A DNA stretch of 62,808 nucleotides, filler included, from Globobulimina sp. (GCA_003354225.1; 47 parts of 47 records of this genome joined end to end with filler, not necessarily neighbours in it); one strand, 5' to 3'; counted from the first letter of the whole stretch, positions 1-12,756 are shown. The notes: generated from the sequence alone by a model not told the origin. Made by a program: numbers and translations.

Positions 1-1240
1 TACACTGCACAGCATGCACATCCTGTCAGTCCTTTGCAATGCTCTCGTCGTTCTGCAGTCGCGTTGTGTAAATCTTGCAGACCGAAACAACACTCGTTTG
101 CCATGGTACGCGCTGCAGATCAGCAATATATACCACATACCCATCACCAACGGAATAATTATAATTTCCAATGCGCCGCCTAACACCACCCAAATCAACG
201 CGATAATTACAATACGAGCTGTGACTGCAACTAAACGCCATATCACTCGAATCATATACCCATAGCTAATATTATTAGCATTGAAGCAAAAACAATTTCC
301 AACTAATATACGCACATCAGATTGATCAGTATCACTGCTATTATTTACAATTAAATATTTGGCCTCTTCCCTTACCATATACTCATCAATCCACACATAT
401 TGACTCGCTATGGATCCAATGGATGCCACAATTGAAAATGTCACCAAATAAACAATTTTCCCCGCTGCGTTTCTTAATATTGGGTCGTTATACGCTCGCA
501 TATAGAACACTGACTGCAAAATTACCTGTTTGTTGATTATAATCAGCATCAATAATATAAACTTTTTGACGTATATGTACCTCAGGTAATGATTCCAATA
601 TACCTTCGGTTGATTGAAATGCATACTGCGCTTCTTTAGAAGCAATCACTTGATGAGCTTTTTTGTTCTGTGCTGTGAAATCGATATACATTCCTACAAA
701 AACCATCAATTCCAAAGCACCACATATTAATCCCATCACTGCACATCCAAATGTAATGAAAAAGGCAACAAAAGTTGATTTATTGCGAGAAACCGATCTC
801 CCCAAAGCCATAAAGGTTATACAGCCTGCAATTGCTAATAACGATCTGTAAGCGATGAGAAACGCAACTCCAACCCAGAAGAATCCGATCATGTTCAACG
901 ATTCCAGATTAGCCACTTTCTTTTCATATTCAGCTAACTTATGCCATTCATATAAGACACCAATATCTGTACAAATTGAAAATAGTGGAATATAATTGAT
1001 ATTTGCTTGTAAGGTTAACCTGTGGCAGTGTCATAAATATGTATAACTATCGGTGAATAAAAACCTCTCTTTTCCCACAGCGCAGATAAAAATTGTTTTA
1101 ATGATAATTTGTTGCTTTCTTTTTGTGATACGTAAATGTGGATACTCAATACCAACAACAAAACAAGATAACAACTTGCATATGCAGTAGTTATCTTCAT
1201 TCCTGTGCTAATATCTACCATTACATTGCTACTTCAGTAA
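1..1240 (-). CDS. Multi-pass membrane protein (XK-related-like), partial, spliced
   Basis: GT-AG introns 967-1019 and 526-580 join HIYDTAT|DIGVLYEW and LESLPE|VILQSVF; several hydrophobic segments. Confidence 0.6.
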
Positions 1241-1340
1241 NNNNNNNNNNNNNNNNNNNNNNNNNNNNNNNNNNNNNNNNNNNNTTAATTAATTAANNNN
1301 NNNNNNNNNNNNNNNNNNNNNNNNNNNNNNNNNNNNNNNN
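1241..1340. other. Artificial contig spacer N44-TTAATTAATTAA-N44 (first of 46; recurs about every 1.34 kb)
   Basis: Identical 100-bp unit with stops in all six frames; contig lengths fall from 1240 to 1237 bp along the window. Confidence 0.98.
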
Positions 1341-1371
1341 CAGCCAAGTTCCTGATCATGACCCACGCTTT

Positions 1372-2282
1372 ATGCTATTTGTTAGTGTTAGCAATACACA
1401 TATAAACGCTAGTAAAATAGGCATTGACTGTATATCCGATTCGCATTGTTTTCCAAGTAATTGTAACAATGATGGTATATGTGGTGGTATAGGAGCCAAA
1501 TGTTGGTCAAATAATGAATGTGTTTCAAATCTAGAGTGTTATGATGGTTTATGTGGTGGCACCGGAGCTAAATGTTCCGCAAATACAGATTGCATAGAAA
1601 CAAATTGTTGCGAAGGTATATGCGCAACCATTATTGGCTGTACTCATTTGAAAGGTAATTGTTGTCCAGTTAGTAATGGCGCAAAATGTATTCGAAACGA
1701 AGGATGTTTGAACAACAATTGTTTTAATGCAGTTTGTGGCAATAACGGTGCAGTATGTCAATCAAATGAAGAATGCGTATCAAGCATATGTCATAATTTA
1801 TTTTGTGGCAAATCAAAGGGAGAAATATGTGTCGATGACAGACAATGTCGATATAAAAATTGTCACGATGAGAAATGTTAAGTGTTTAATACATAATTAA
1901 TTCTAATTTCAGAGTGTAATATGTTTGTATATATTTAGGTGGTAATACGGGAGCAATTTGTGTATCAAATGATGAATGCATTTATGAAAATTGTATCGAT
2001 GGGTTTTGCGGTAATATCGGTGCAAAATGTATAGGAAATAAGCAATGTAAGTTTGGAAATTGTAAAGATTTTATATGTTCATTGGACTGCGGAGAGAGTG
2101 ATGAAAGTATTGGCGATGGTAATATTAATAGATTGTTTTTAGTGATTCCATTTTCGTTGTTGTTTATTTTGGTGTTTGTAAATTATAAAATTTGTAATGG
2201 ATTGCCATTGCATAATCAAAAGAAAAATGTGCATCAATTCACTGGTGAAGTGAATGAACATATATTGAAGATATCATATTAA
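1372..2282 (+). CDS. Cys-rich repeat surface protein (Cx5Cx4Cx4C units) with C-terminal hydrophobic anchor
   Basis: Repeated GAKC-x2-N-x-EC-x4-C-x2-GxC units; intron 1877-1938 joins in frame to ORF 2082-2282, which has a TM segment. Confidence 0.75.
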
Positions 2283-2680
2283 AGTTATAAATGTTAAATA
2301 TGTTGAAATTATTTCTATTACTATATTGTTGTATGATTTCTATTACTATTTTTTCTTTCAAATTATTTTATTTCTATATTTTTCTTATTCTTATAAATCT
2401 TATTCTTGTTTTTCAATTTTATTTTTATTTTACAGATTTAGTTCATATTCATAAAACAAATTTTTCTGAAAGTGAAAATGGCATAAATAAAAGTCCACTT
2501 CGTGGTCGTTACACAATGAACCAAGAAAAATACCATTTTTCATGTATCCATATTTAACATCAATGGTCTGACAATTATGGNNNNNNNNNNNNNNNNNNNN
2601 NNNNNNNNNNNNNNNNNNNNNNNNTTAATTAATTAANNNNNNNNNNNNNNNNNNNNNNNNNNNNNNNNNNNNNNNNNNNN

Positions 2681-3765
2681 TTTTACTATGGATATATCCC
2701 TGAAGGTTTAGCGAACAAATCATCATTAAAAATACTAAAAACAATAACAACAAAGTTATCAAAATACCAACAAGAAATTTGGGATATCGTCGGTATGCTG
2801 CATAGTATCTCTCTGCTTTGCCTGTTTTACATTAAGTGCTGGCAATGAAAAATCATGAAATTTGCAAAATATATACCTGTAATGACACTGTTCCGTATTA
2901 CACCGCGAAATTGAGGGCGAACATCGGATTGAATGAGGAATTTTTGCTTTGAGAATGAAATTGTGTTCCATTCCAAAGCCAAATCTGATGCTCTTCGATT
3001 CCAATATTTCACCAAAAAATGCGACCAAATGCAAACAAATAATGCAAAAAACGGCATATATTTTGATTCGTCAATATCGAATTCATCAGAACGAGTGAAA
3101 AAAAACAGCAAGCCACAAATACTTGGGATACTTAACCATTTTGTATAATGTCGCATGAATGCGAAATAAAATGCGATTTCTTCACCAAAATAGTCACGGA
3201 TTTTGTTCAAATTATTGGTATGGGCAAAATGCGAAAAATAGGATGAAAAATTAAAAAATAAATTCCATTTTTTCATTTTATGTGTATCTGTGATATCATT
3301 CATTGGGAAAATGTCGACAATGATTTCTAAATTTTTATAGATTGTCATTACTTTATCCATCAAAACTAAATGTAAATTTTTATTGTTTTTGTTCAACATT
3401 TCAATTAATTCGCTATCAATATTGATATTTTGCAATGTTGTCTGAATAATATGGCACAGCAATGATGATGGCAAAATTGCAGATTTTGGTAACTTTTGAA
3501 ACGAATCGATTTGTTTTGAACGAGATTCTTCGTCTTTGTTTATTTTCACATTTATGGCTAAATATTCTTCTAAATGTTCTTCCGTGGATAGATAATTAAT
3601 TAGCCACTCTTTGGATGTATAAATTTTAAAGAAATCTAATGTATTCTCATGAGATACTAATTCAACCAATAATCCAGTGTCTTTAATGCGTCTCAGCAAG
3701 TAATCTGTGAGTTTGCTATCGACTTTCTCATGCAACGTAATGATATATTCTGCTGCTTTCGACAT
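2681..3765 (-). CDS. Anoctamin/TMEM16 (ANO10-like), 3' truncated
   Basis: IRDYFGEEIAFYFAF, FLVKYWNRR...LALEW, RPQFRG; intron 2822-2876 leads to SLNLQGYI. Confidence 0.92.
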
Positions 3766-4020
3766 TGCAACGCAAGCTGAAAATCTCTGAAGTGAAATTT
3801 AAAAGTTGAAATATATTTTCTCTGTACAAACAAAAAATAATTAATATTTAATATTTTAATATATTGACAGTATTCACGTTTTCAATGCGATTATTGAACC
3901 GAATTTTGGCATTTCTGATGNNNNNNNNNNNNNNNNNNNNNNNNNNNNNNNNNNNNNNNNNNNNTTAATTAATTAANNNNNNNNNNNNNNNNNNNNNNNN
4001 NNNNNNNNNNNNNNNNNNNN

Positions 4021-4897
4021 CTGGTGGCAATACAACATTTCTTATATTGTATTGTATGGCTCTCACAATCTGACTGGCCACATATTCTTGCTCTAAAAAA
4101 TAACAACCACACAATCTCGTAACCACTGATTTCGAAGCAACTGCGCCTTTAAACATTCCCGTATTCACTAAATATGGCATAATTATACTGCTTCCAATAT
4201 GCGTGTGTCCCATTTCTTGTATTTCCTGGAATAGTGACTCTGCCAAACCGCGCGATGCATATTTTGTAGCACAATAATCAGTTAACATCGGTACACCAAC
4301 TCTTCCCGCAGACGATGCGATTGTTACAATCTGACACCAATCTCGATTTGCAATCATCTTTGGTAGAAACGCTTTGATGGTAAAAAAATGTGAAATTACA
4401 TTCACATCAAAAGATTTCCGGATTTGTGATTCTTTTAAATCTAACATTGCTTTTCCAGTTAGAATGCCTGCATTATTTATTAAAATATCAATACCATTTT
4501 CATACTGTTTAAATACACATTGTGCTGCTTCTTCGACTTTTGATCTATTTGTAATGTCAACAAATAATGCCATGTCGACATTACTTCTCATTTCATCTAA
4601 ACCCGCTTTGTTTATATCCCATACAATAACAATGGCCTTCATTTGTTTTAATAATAACGCGGTTTCACGACCAATGCCACTGACTCCTCCGGTTATTAAT
4701 ACCACCTTATTGTTTAATGAGCGCTTACCTCGAATATACTTCTTATTACGATGATAGAGCCACATCATGGTTGCGATAATAACAAACATGGCAAGTTTAG
4801 GATTTTGTTGTCTCCATCGTATGAATTTGAATAATAATGAAAAAACTGCATTTTTAACAGCGGACATGATACAACCTAACCAATAAAAAGGATGCAA
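4021..4897 (-). CDS. Short-chain dehydrogenase/reductase (SDR16C/RDH10-like)
   Basis: TGGVSGIG, NNAG, YCATK catalytic motif, PYLVNTGMF. Confidence 0.93.
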
Positions 4898-5359
4898 AGC
4901 AGTTTCTGAAGATAATTTGGAACAAGTTTATAATATATATCTAATTTTAGGTGAATTATGAAATTATGAATGCAGATATATCTGTGATGAGATATAAATC
5001 CAATTCCCTGCATACAGTTAAATCATAGCTGGGTTTGTATACATAGGTAGACCTAATGGCTAATGTATAGCGCTGAATTTGAAATTAAACAAGTTTCAAA
5101 TTTGCTTGTTTGGATAGAATAAAATGCATACCTTTAAAGTTTAAAGCTTTTCATAAAAAGCAATCCATAAAAATGATATGCTTTACAGTTTCTTGACACA
5201 AAATAAGATTGGGTTTCATCAATAATTTTGGCCATATCACCTATACTTCCTTTTGTTTTNNNNNNNNNNNNNNNNNNNNNNNNNNNNNNNNNNNNNNNNN
5301 NNNTTAATTAATTAANNNNNNNNNNNNNNNNNNNNNNNNNNNNNNNNNNNNNNNNNNNN

Positions 5360-6598
5360 GACATCGATTTTACAGAGAATGAGACCAATACGTTCGAGTT
5401 GCGCGACGGCGGGAAAATAAGTTACGGCGATTATTTGAAGAAACAATATGGCATTAAAGTGGCGCGCAAAGAGATGTGCGTCATTAAGGACTTTCGAGGC
5501 AGCGCGTATTTGCCGCAGTTTGCGCATTTGACGTTGCGTAGTGACGAGACGGACGATTTGCATGTGACTGATTTTACCAATCCCGGCATTGGTGAGGAGT
5601 TATTGCGGGTTAATGCTTTGGTGCAACATTTGAATAACACACAAGTTAAGTCACAGTTTGTTTGTTTGCATATTGCAGTGTATCGGAAAAACCGTCTGAT
5701 TTTATTTTATATTCCAGGCCAAAGTGGTGAATAAAAGGAAGAGAGGCAATCGCGGCGATATCGATGATGAGAAAGAAAAAGCAGTGGTGCGGTATGGGTT
5801 GAATATGAATAATAAGCCTATTCGAACGTATTCGGTGATATTGCAATATCCCGATATTAGTATCATGGCATTTGGCAATCGTATCAAAACCACGCCATTG
5901 ACGGAGTTTACATGGGGTGGCCGCGAAGGGACCAAAGGCTTTCTATTGAACGTGAAACCAATCAGGAAATGGATTATTATCGGAAGCAGTCCAAGAATGA
6001 TCGATCGAGTGTTTGAAATCTATCACAAATACACCGGAATGCGCGGCTTTGATGCACAGAATGGACCGTTACAGAGCCCGCAAACGCAAGTGATTGACTT
6101 CAACGATTCAAGCAATTATAAAACGATTGCGAAGGGAAGATGGGAGTTAATATTTGCAATCATTCCCGACAACAAAGCCGGGTCGCAAATAAAGACGTTG
6201 TTTAGTAAACAATTGCAAGGTTTCAAAACCGCGCCGGTTATACAATGCATTAAAGAATCAACGGTGTTTAGCCGGAGCAGCAGGGATAGCATATTGGGTG
6301 CGATTGAACAGTCGATGGGCAAATTCGGCAATGTTTTATACCAAATTACACCCAAATTACAGCCACATTCGCCGTATAAATTGGATAAAATATGGACGAT
6401 TGGCATCGATATCAGTCATAATTTTCCGAATCCCTCTGTTGCTGCGCTGACATTGATAACCATGCCGTTCTATGGCACGCAGCGTGGGTTAAGCACCAAA
6501 ATATGGTTAAACACCCCACGAAAAGACACCATACCATACGCAGCGACGGCAACGTGTACGTATAAGGCATTGAAAGGTGAGATTGAACTAATTAAGAA
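5360..6598 (+). CDS. Divergent Piwi/Argonaute protein fragment (PAZ-L2-MID-start of PIWI)
   Basis: PAZ-like FELRDGGKISYGDYLKKQYGI...YLPQFAHLT; intron 5645-5717 joins in frame; MID-like VIQCIK; PIWI IGIDISH...PSVAA. Confidence 0.85.
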
Positions 6599-7109
6599 NN
6601 NNNNNNNNNNNNNNNNNNNNNNNNNNNNNNNNNNNNNNNNNNTTAATTAATTAANNNNNNNNNNNNNNNNNNNNNNNNNNNNNNNNNNNNNNNNNNNNAT
6701 CTCAGAATGTAAATTTTGTTATTCCATAAAATCTCCGTCTGTTTGTATGCATAAAACGAAAAGTTTTGATTCTGTACACACATTGCGTTGAGAAAGGGTA
6801 TCCGAGCGACCTGAGATTGAAATTTGATAGATTCGTCTGTGATTTTCATATTGCTGGATTTTGACTTTTGAAATGTGTTTTGTGTTCTTTAATGCCATTT
6901 GTTTGACCTTCCAAACGTTCAGCTATTATCGCAGGAAACTCCATGACATAGATGCGTTTGAATTTTGTACATAAATCCAAAATGCCATCGCAAATGCCAT
7001 CGTGATGTGTGTTTTTAAAAAGCTATTTGTTTTTACTTACTAACTCAAGCTTAATCCGGCTGCATTGTACTGCAAAGTTGAGATTATTTGGTAGAAATAC
7101 AGAATGAAT

Positions 7110-7880
7110 GTATTGTATCGATGTCAATTGGAAAGATTGGATGGGATGTTTCCCACGTTTGAGACTTATGGAAATAAAATATTGAGTCTGGATGGATTTT
7201 TGTGATATTAATTATTTGGAATGTTACAGTTGTTGCTATATTGCAATGTCATACACATTTTCAGATACAAACAATGAAAGATGATATTCAATTTTTATTA
7301 AAGGCAAAATTTACAAGCTGTGGTCGTTGGTACTGCTCGAGAAAGTGAAGGTGTTTGTTATGAAACATATTTATTTAAATATTTAATTTATATCGTATTT
7401 TTATTAATTAAATTGGTATTTGCGCATAAATGCCGCAATTTTCTTTTGATATTATTTCTTTGAAAACTGTCAACAGTTTCATTAGTTACTAAGGTGCAAG
7501 GATATATCAAAAAAAATTTGCAGCATTTTTGTGCAATTAATAGAACTTAAATTAATATTTTTCATCTAAACGATCCTTGCAATTAACAAGAGAACTTTAG
7601 TCATCTTTCAACAACTTGTTCTTTTCTCCTATTCCTCCATATTCCCATCACATATTCCTCATATATTCGTAAAACTAAAATATACATTATGCCCTATAGC
7701 GTTGCAAAATATTTATGCGAAAATGCGTATGACATTGCTATATGTCAACATCACAAATAATTAATATCCATCCATACAAAAATACACACAGTTAATTAAT
7801 ACATATTCAATATTTCATATTTACATAAGTTTCAAATCTGCGATAAATCCCATCCACATTTTCCAATTGATACACTGATA
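7110..7880. repeat. Diverged inverted duplication: convergent 3' ends of two paralogs (about 7110-7260 and 7720-7880)
   Basis: + strand DVNWKDWMGCFPRLRLMEIKY* vs - strand CINWKMWMGFIADLKLM*; downstream sequence also aligns (ggatgga...tattaattatttg...gcaatgtcatac). Confidence 0.7.
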
Positions 7881-8387
7881 TTGCCATGAGATGTCCTTAC
7901 GATTCCAGTTCATGCGTGCTAGCTTGACATGTCAAAGNNNNNNNNNNNNNNNNNNNNNNNNNNNNNNNNNNNNNNNNNNNNTTAATTAATTAANNNNNNN
8001 NNNNNNNNNNNNNNNNNNNNNNNNNNNNNNNNNNNNNTGTATTGAATCATATAAAAATAAAATTGTTAACCCTGAGTGGGATAAAGCGAGAGTAAGATAT
8101 TTTCGACGCCATCGATCTCAAGGAGTACCACCTGAGCTTTTGCCTGAGATTGAAACGTTGTGACTTTTGTTAACATTTTCTGTGTTCAACAAATGTTTTT
8201 TTAGATGAAAATGAAAGTATAAAACATATAAGAAAACGCATCGTTACTATGATATTAAAATCTGACAATTATAAATTCAGAATCGATGCATGGTTTGTGC
8301 CAGAGTGACGTTGTGATTCTGTTAGATACAGTCATATTTTGATCATAATTCAACTATTATTTAACATCAAAGTAAGAATTCACAGCT

Positions 8388-9276
8388 ATGGATGGCCCTC
8401 AATTACTGGGCGAAGCAGTATCAGGAGAACGTGTACCATCTCGCAATGCTATGCTTGATGATGACATACCAATACAAGAAAACGATGAGAAAGTCATGAT
8501 TGAGGATAAAGTGAAACTGGAACAAGAGAGTTACGATAAATTTACTGCAATCGCCAGGATGCAAAATGAGAGATTATCTGCCTGGGAAAATAGAGAAGTT
8601 AAATATTTGCGAAAAAACCGGTTGAAGATATTAAATAAATGGAGAGGTTATCAGAGAGAAATAAAATGCGAAGAATTAAAGAAACAAATCGAAATTATAT
8701 CGTCAACACATTACAGAGAGGTCGATCATCAAATGTATAAACTAAAAAATGTAAACAATGACATTGATAAACTAAATGATGAATTTTCAGCAACAGAAAA
8801 GTCACATTTTCGCAAAATGGGACAATTAAATGGTACGCACAAAGAAAGAATGGTCGAATTACAGTGTGAGTTTGACAGAGATTTAGAAATTCTAAAATCT
8901 GAATTTAATTCGGAAAAAGAATATATTTTAAATTATCACAAACAACAAAAAGAGATTACGGAATCTGTGCTAAATGAGATTGACAAACGAGAATTGAATG
9001 AAATGGATGAAAGCAAACAAATGCATGAGACGCAACGAGAGGAGCTAAGAAATAAGAATTTGGAACATTTGAATGTATTGAAAATATCATTAGAAGCAGA
9101 GATTGAAGAATATGAGAAACAGTTCGATGAAACGCATGATCGATACATTGAATCTACGCAAGATAAAAACAGTGAATTTGCACAATTAAAAGAAAAAGAT
9201 GAAAAATTGAGTTTAGAGATTGAAAATTTAATGAAACGCATTGAAACATTACAGCAACAATTATCGTTTTGGAAAA
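8388..9276 (+). CDS. DRC2: Dynein regulatory complex subunit 2 (CCDC65)-like coiled-coil protein, 3' truncated
   Basis: NRLKILNKWRGYQREIKCEELKKQIEIISSTHYREVD resembles the DRC2 N-terminal motif; long coiled coil. Confidence 0.75.
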
Positions 9277-9376
9277 NNNNNNNNNNNNNNNNNNNNNNNN
9301 NNNNNNNNNNNNNNNNNNNNTTAATTAATTAANNNNNNNNNNNNNNNNNNNNNNNNNNNNNNNNNNNNNNNNNNNN

Positions 9377-9462
9377 GAATTCGGGATTGTCGTTGGCTGA
9401 TTGTAGTCATCCCAGAAAGTCAAATGCGTCACGGAATTCGGGATCGTCGTTGGCTGATTATA
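9377..9462 (-). repeat. FNIP repeat coding segment
   Basis: YNQPTTIPNSVTHLTFWDDYNQPTTIPN matches the FNQP..IPNSVTHLTFG FNIP consensus. Confidence 0.8.
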
Positions 9463-10615
9463 TTTCTCCATCATTATTTTGAACAATCTGATCACTTCCT
9501 TCTCGCCGTGCCGATCCTTATAATTATGCATTGATACCACATACGGCGAACAACAGTGCTCTATTTTGATATTTTATAATGTCAATATTGCTACATTCAA
9601 ATCATAGATCGACATAACTTCCTTCAGCAACTCCATGAGCTCTATACTTCCAATACCACGTATCCTCTCTGTACATAATCACATGATCTGTGTCGCGAAA
9701 GATTAAAAAACCTAAATATTATATTTCCACATCAATGTGACAAACAGTATGAAAAATATTATCCCACATAGCGCCTACATACGTTCCCTCAGTTCGTGAT
9801 CCAAAGTGTTGCCGGGTCTGACCCCAATGCCTCCCAAACAACATCCCATTTGAGGGTCTTCTCCGGCTCCTTCCCGGTCGACGCAATGCTCCGTGGATGG
9901 CGGCGGGTGCACTGTCGGCAGATATTGCAAGTATTTGCCAATATTTTTGATTGTTTGTCGACTGATCGCATAACAAGTGCCTGAATTGAATATGACATTA
10001 TCTTTCTGCCATCGTGCTCTTAGTGCATGTCCTAAGTAATGCGGATATGACGAGTCATAATATTGCAAAAAACCAAATAGATTCTCAGTAACCACAAATG
10101 TATCATCGTCTGCCTTGATAAACCATTCAAAATTATCCAGCAATGACGGCGTGGAATAGATGGCCGTCCACATTCGGTGCACTTTCTCCCAGATGTTTCT
10201 ATAACACATTTCAACAAAGTGACTGTCACTGACTGTGACAAATAGCGAATTCAGCACATACCGGACATGTTTGGTGTGATTCTGATGTCGGGAAAGTTGC
10301 AAGATTAGAAAATCAAATCCTGCGTAGGATTTTGGCGCATCACTTACATCGTCAACAACCCACATTAATTTGCTGCAGTGAGGGCCATATGTGTCTCGTA
10401 TAAGATCCATTTTCCATTTGCGGGTCGGCCATAACGTAGGGATTAGGCATAAAATTCTCGTTGGAGTATATATGTGACCCCAAGGTTTGTTCAGTGGAAC
10501 GTAGATTGGATCGGATTGGTTTGGATTTGAATTGATTGGGTATTTCGGATTATTTTCCACAAAGCGCCAAGTTTCTATTTCTGATGTCGGTGACGCTGAT
10601 TCTTTGTTTGTGGAT
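9377..10615 (-). CDS. GT31 core-1 beta-1,3-galactosyltransferase/Fringe-like protein, spliced, running into FNIP-like repeats
   Basis: WFIKADDDTF, NSGTCYAISR, EDPQMGCCL; introns at about 9712-9783 and 9561-9618 give RFLIF...WYWKY...CCSPYVVSMHNYK. Confidence 0.88.
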
Positions 10616-10763
10616 NNNNNNNNNNNNNNNNNNNNNNNNNNNNNNNNNNNNNNNNNNNNTTAATTAATTAANNNNNNNNNNNNNNNNNNNNNNNNNNNNN
10701 NNNNNNNNNNNNNNNTATTCTATTGCTATTGTATTCTGTTGTAGCAATAATGAAGGTGGTATA

Positions 10764-11954
10764 TTAGGGCTTGTACATTATAATAATAATAATAATAATA
10801 TATGAGCCTAGGTTGAAAAAGAAAATATATGAAACAGACACCAATCTACTGTAAAAAACAAAATGTCCGATCAATATCAAACATCCATCTGATTCCGAAC
10901 AACCATTGATTTTACACTCTTTCTTTGTTATCACAATAAAATGAAAGGTATCATCGCCAGATGTAAACTCAGTTTTGAATCTAAGAAGAAACATAAATTC
11001 ATTTACATTTGATAATTGTGATAATATATTTATAATTCGCGCAATATGTAAAATTAAATTTGATCCGGATTGTTTTTCCAAACTGGCACCAGATAATTTT
11101 AGTGAAATTTTAAAACGTTCCCTATTCATTTTTTTTGTGTTAAATAAACCAGATTCAATTCCTGCGAACACAGCTTCACATTTAAACTTTCCATCGTAAC
11201 ACTCATCGCCAATATGAATATATTCTAATAATGGTTGACTTGATATTATTTTTTCAATTGTATTCCTATCACTTGATGTTACGCTAACTTTTCTTAATTG
11301 CTTTGCTGTTTTAAGAATATCGTTAATAACATTGGTCCCAATTGATTCTATTCCCATAAAACACTATGATTCAAACACAAATATTGCAATTTATTCCCAT
11401 AAACACGAAGGAATTTATTTCTTAGGTTTGCGAATATCAGCATCTGAAACAAAATGTTTTCTAGAAACACCAAATAAAAATAAATGTTGCACCATCGGAA
11501 ATTTTAATAATATTTTTCTCCACAACGTAGCATCACCGCTATTTACATAAACGAGGGATAGTGATTTAATATTATCCAAATTAATGAAATTCTGATTCAT
11601 AAATCCCTGCGTATTGTTTACATCGGCACCATAACAGTATAAATGTAAATGTTGTAAATTATTTGCAACCGATTTTTCTGGCAATCGGAATTTATCAAAT
11701 TGCTTCAAAGAAACATATAGTCGATTTATTGATGGATATCTTTGTAAATCAAATGATGCATTTTCCTGAACAAATAGAGGTTTATCATAAACTATATCAA
11801 GACAGCGTAATGTATTTGGAGTGTTGCAATGTATCATTGCCGCACGGTTTACTTTACTGAAACATATATAATCATTATGCTCTAAATACGATGCAAGTTC
11901 ACCGATTAAATTGCCAGAGAGTGAATTGAATGTTGGAGTGCTAATTGTTTTTTG
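10764..11954 (-). CDS. LRR-like protein of an expanded family, possibly spliced or disrupted
   Basis: ORFs with LQHLHL, IKSLSL, VQHLFL, LRKVSV, LEYIHI spacing. Confidence 0.45.
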
Positions 11955-12230
11955 NNNNNNNNNNNNNNNNNNNNNNNNNNNNNNNNNNNNNNNNNNNNTT
12001 AATTAATTAANNNNNNNNNNNNNNNNNNNNNNNNNNNNNNNNNNNNNNNNNNNNTTGGTGGAAAAAGTATCGTAGAATTGGATTCGTGTTGCAATAATAA
12101 TTCAACTTCTGAACCTCTCAACTTCTCAACGCCTAAACTTCCGAACCTCTCAACCTCTCAAACCTCTGACTTAAATGCATTCCTTTCAATGACCCGGCAG
12201 ATGGAAAAGGCGCATTTTGTTTCTGAACCC

Positions 12231-12330
12231 AAGAAATGGATCAACTGTTTCAACCAAGTGACTGCCATAATTTTCGTGGCCAGTTTGTTACGATGAAGTG
12301 TTATATGAAGATTACAGCACAAACAGTATG
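12231..12330 (+). pseudogene. Heterotrimeric G-protein alpha subunit fragment, frameshifted
   Basis: KKWINCFNQVTAIIFVASL, frameshift, then YDEVLYEDYSTNSM; flanks are not G-alpha. Confidence 0.8.
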
Positions 12331-12686
12331 ACGGCTTTTTATGGGTGTTTATGAGTGTAATAATGTTATGCAAGAGGTAATTTTGAAATGAATTTTTGGA
12401 TATATATATATCTTGATAGATGTTCCAAAGGGACAAGAATCACTTTTTGGAACGCTTGCAGCTATAGTAAACAAAAAAGTTTTGGAACATGTTATGTTAG
12501 CTAACTTAATTGGTTTTAGTCTAATAGAGCTTTCCGATAAGTACTGATAATTTCTGCTGTTCAAAAACGTTTTCAGTTCTTTTGCATGTTTTCGTCAAAA
12601 GTTATGAACAGTTGCTCTTTTGCTTTTACATCTATGTAGCATCCTATAATATTAATTTAATTCGTGGTGCATTTCATGTGCATAAA

Positions 12687-12756
12687 TCCCACGTAGCTCA
12701 ATTGATAGAGCGCTGCCTTTATGCAGAAGATCCAGGTTCAAATTCTGGCGTGGGAC
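12687..12756 (+). tRNA. tRNA-like element or pseudo-tRNA with shortened anticodon arm
   Basis: Acceptor TCCCACG/CGTGGGA, D arm GCTC/GAGC, T arm CCAGG-TTCAAAT-TCTGG; anticodon arm is only CTGC-CTTTAT-GCAG. Confidence 0.7.

Noticed and set aside
12687-12756. Ochre suppressor tRNA implying a reassigned genetic code
   Set aside because: Anticodon arm is malformed; TAA ends conserved genes here (NOX), and apparent internal stops are explained by introns
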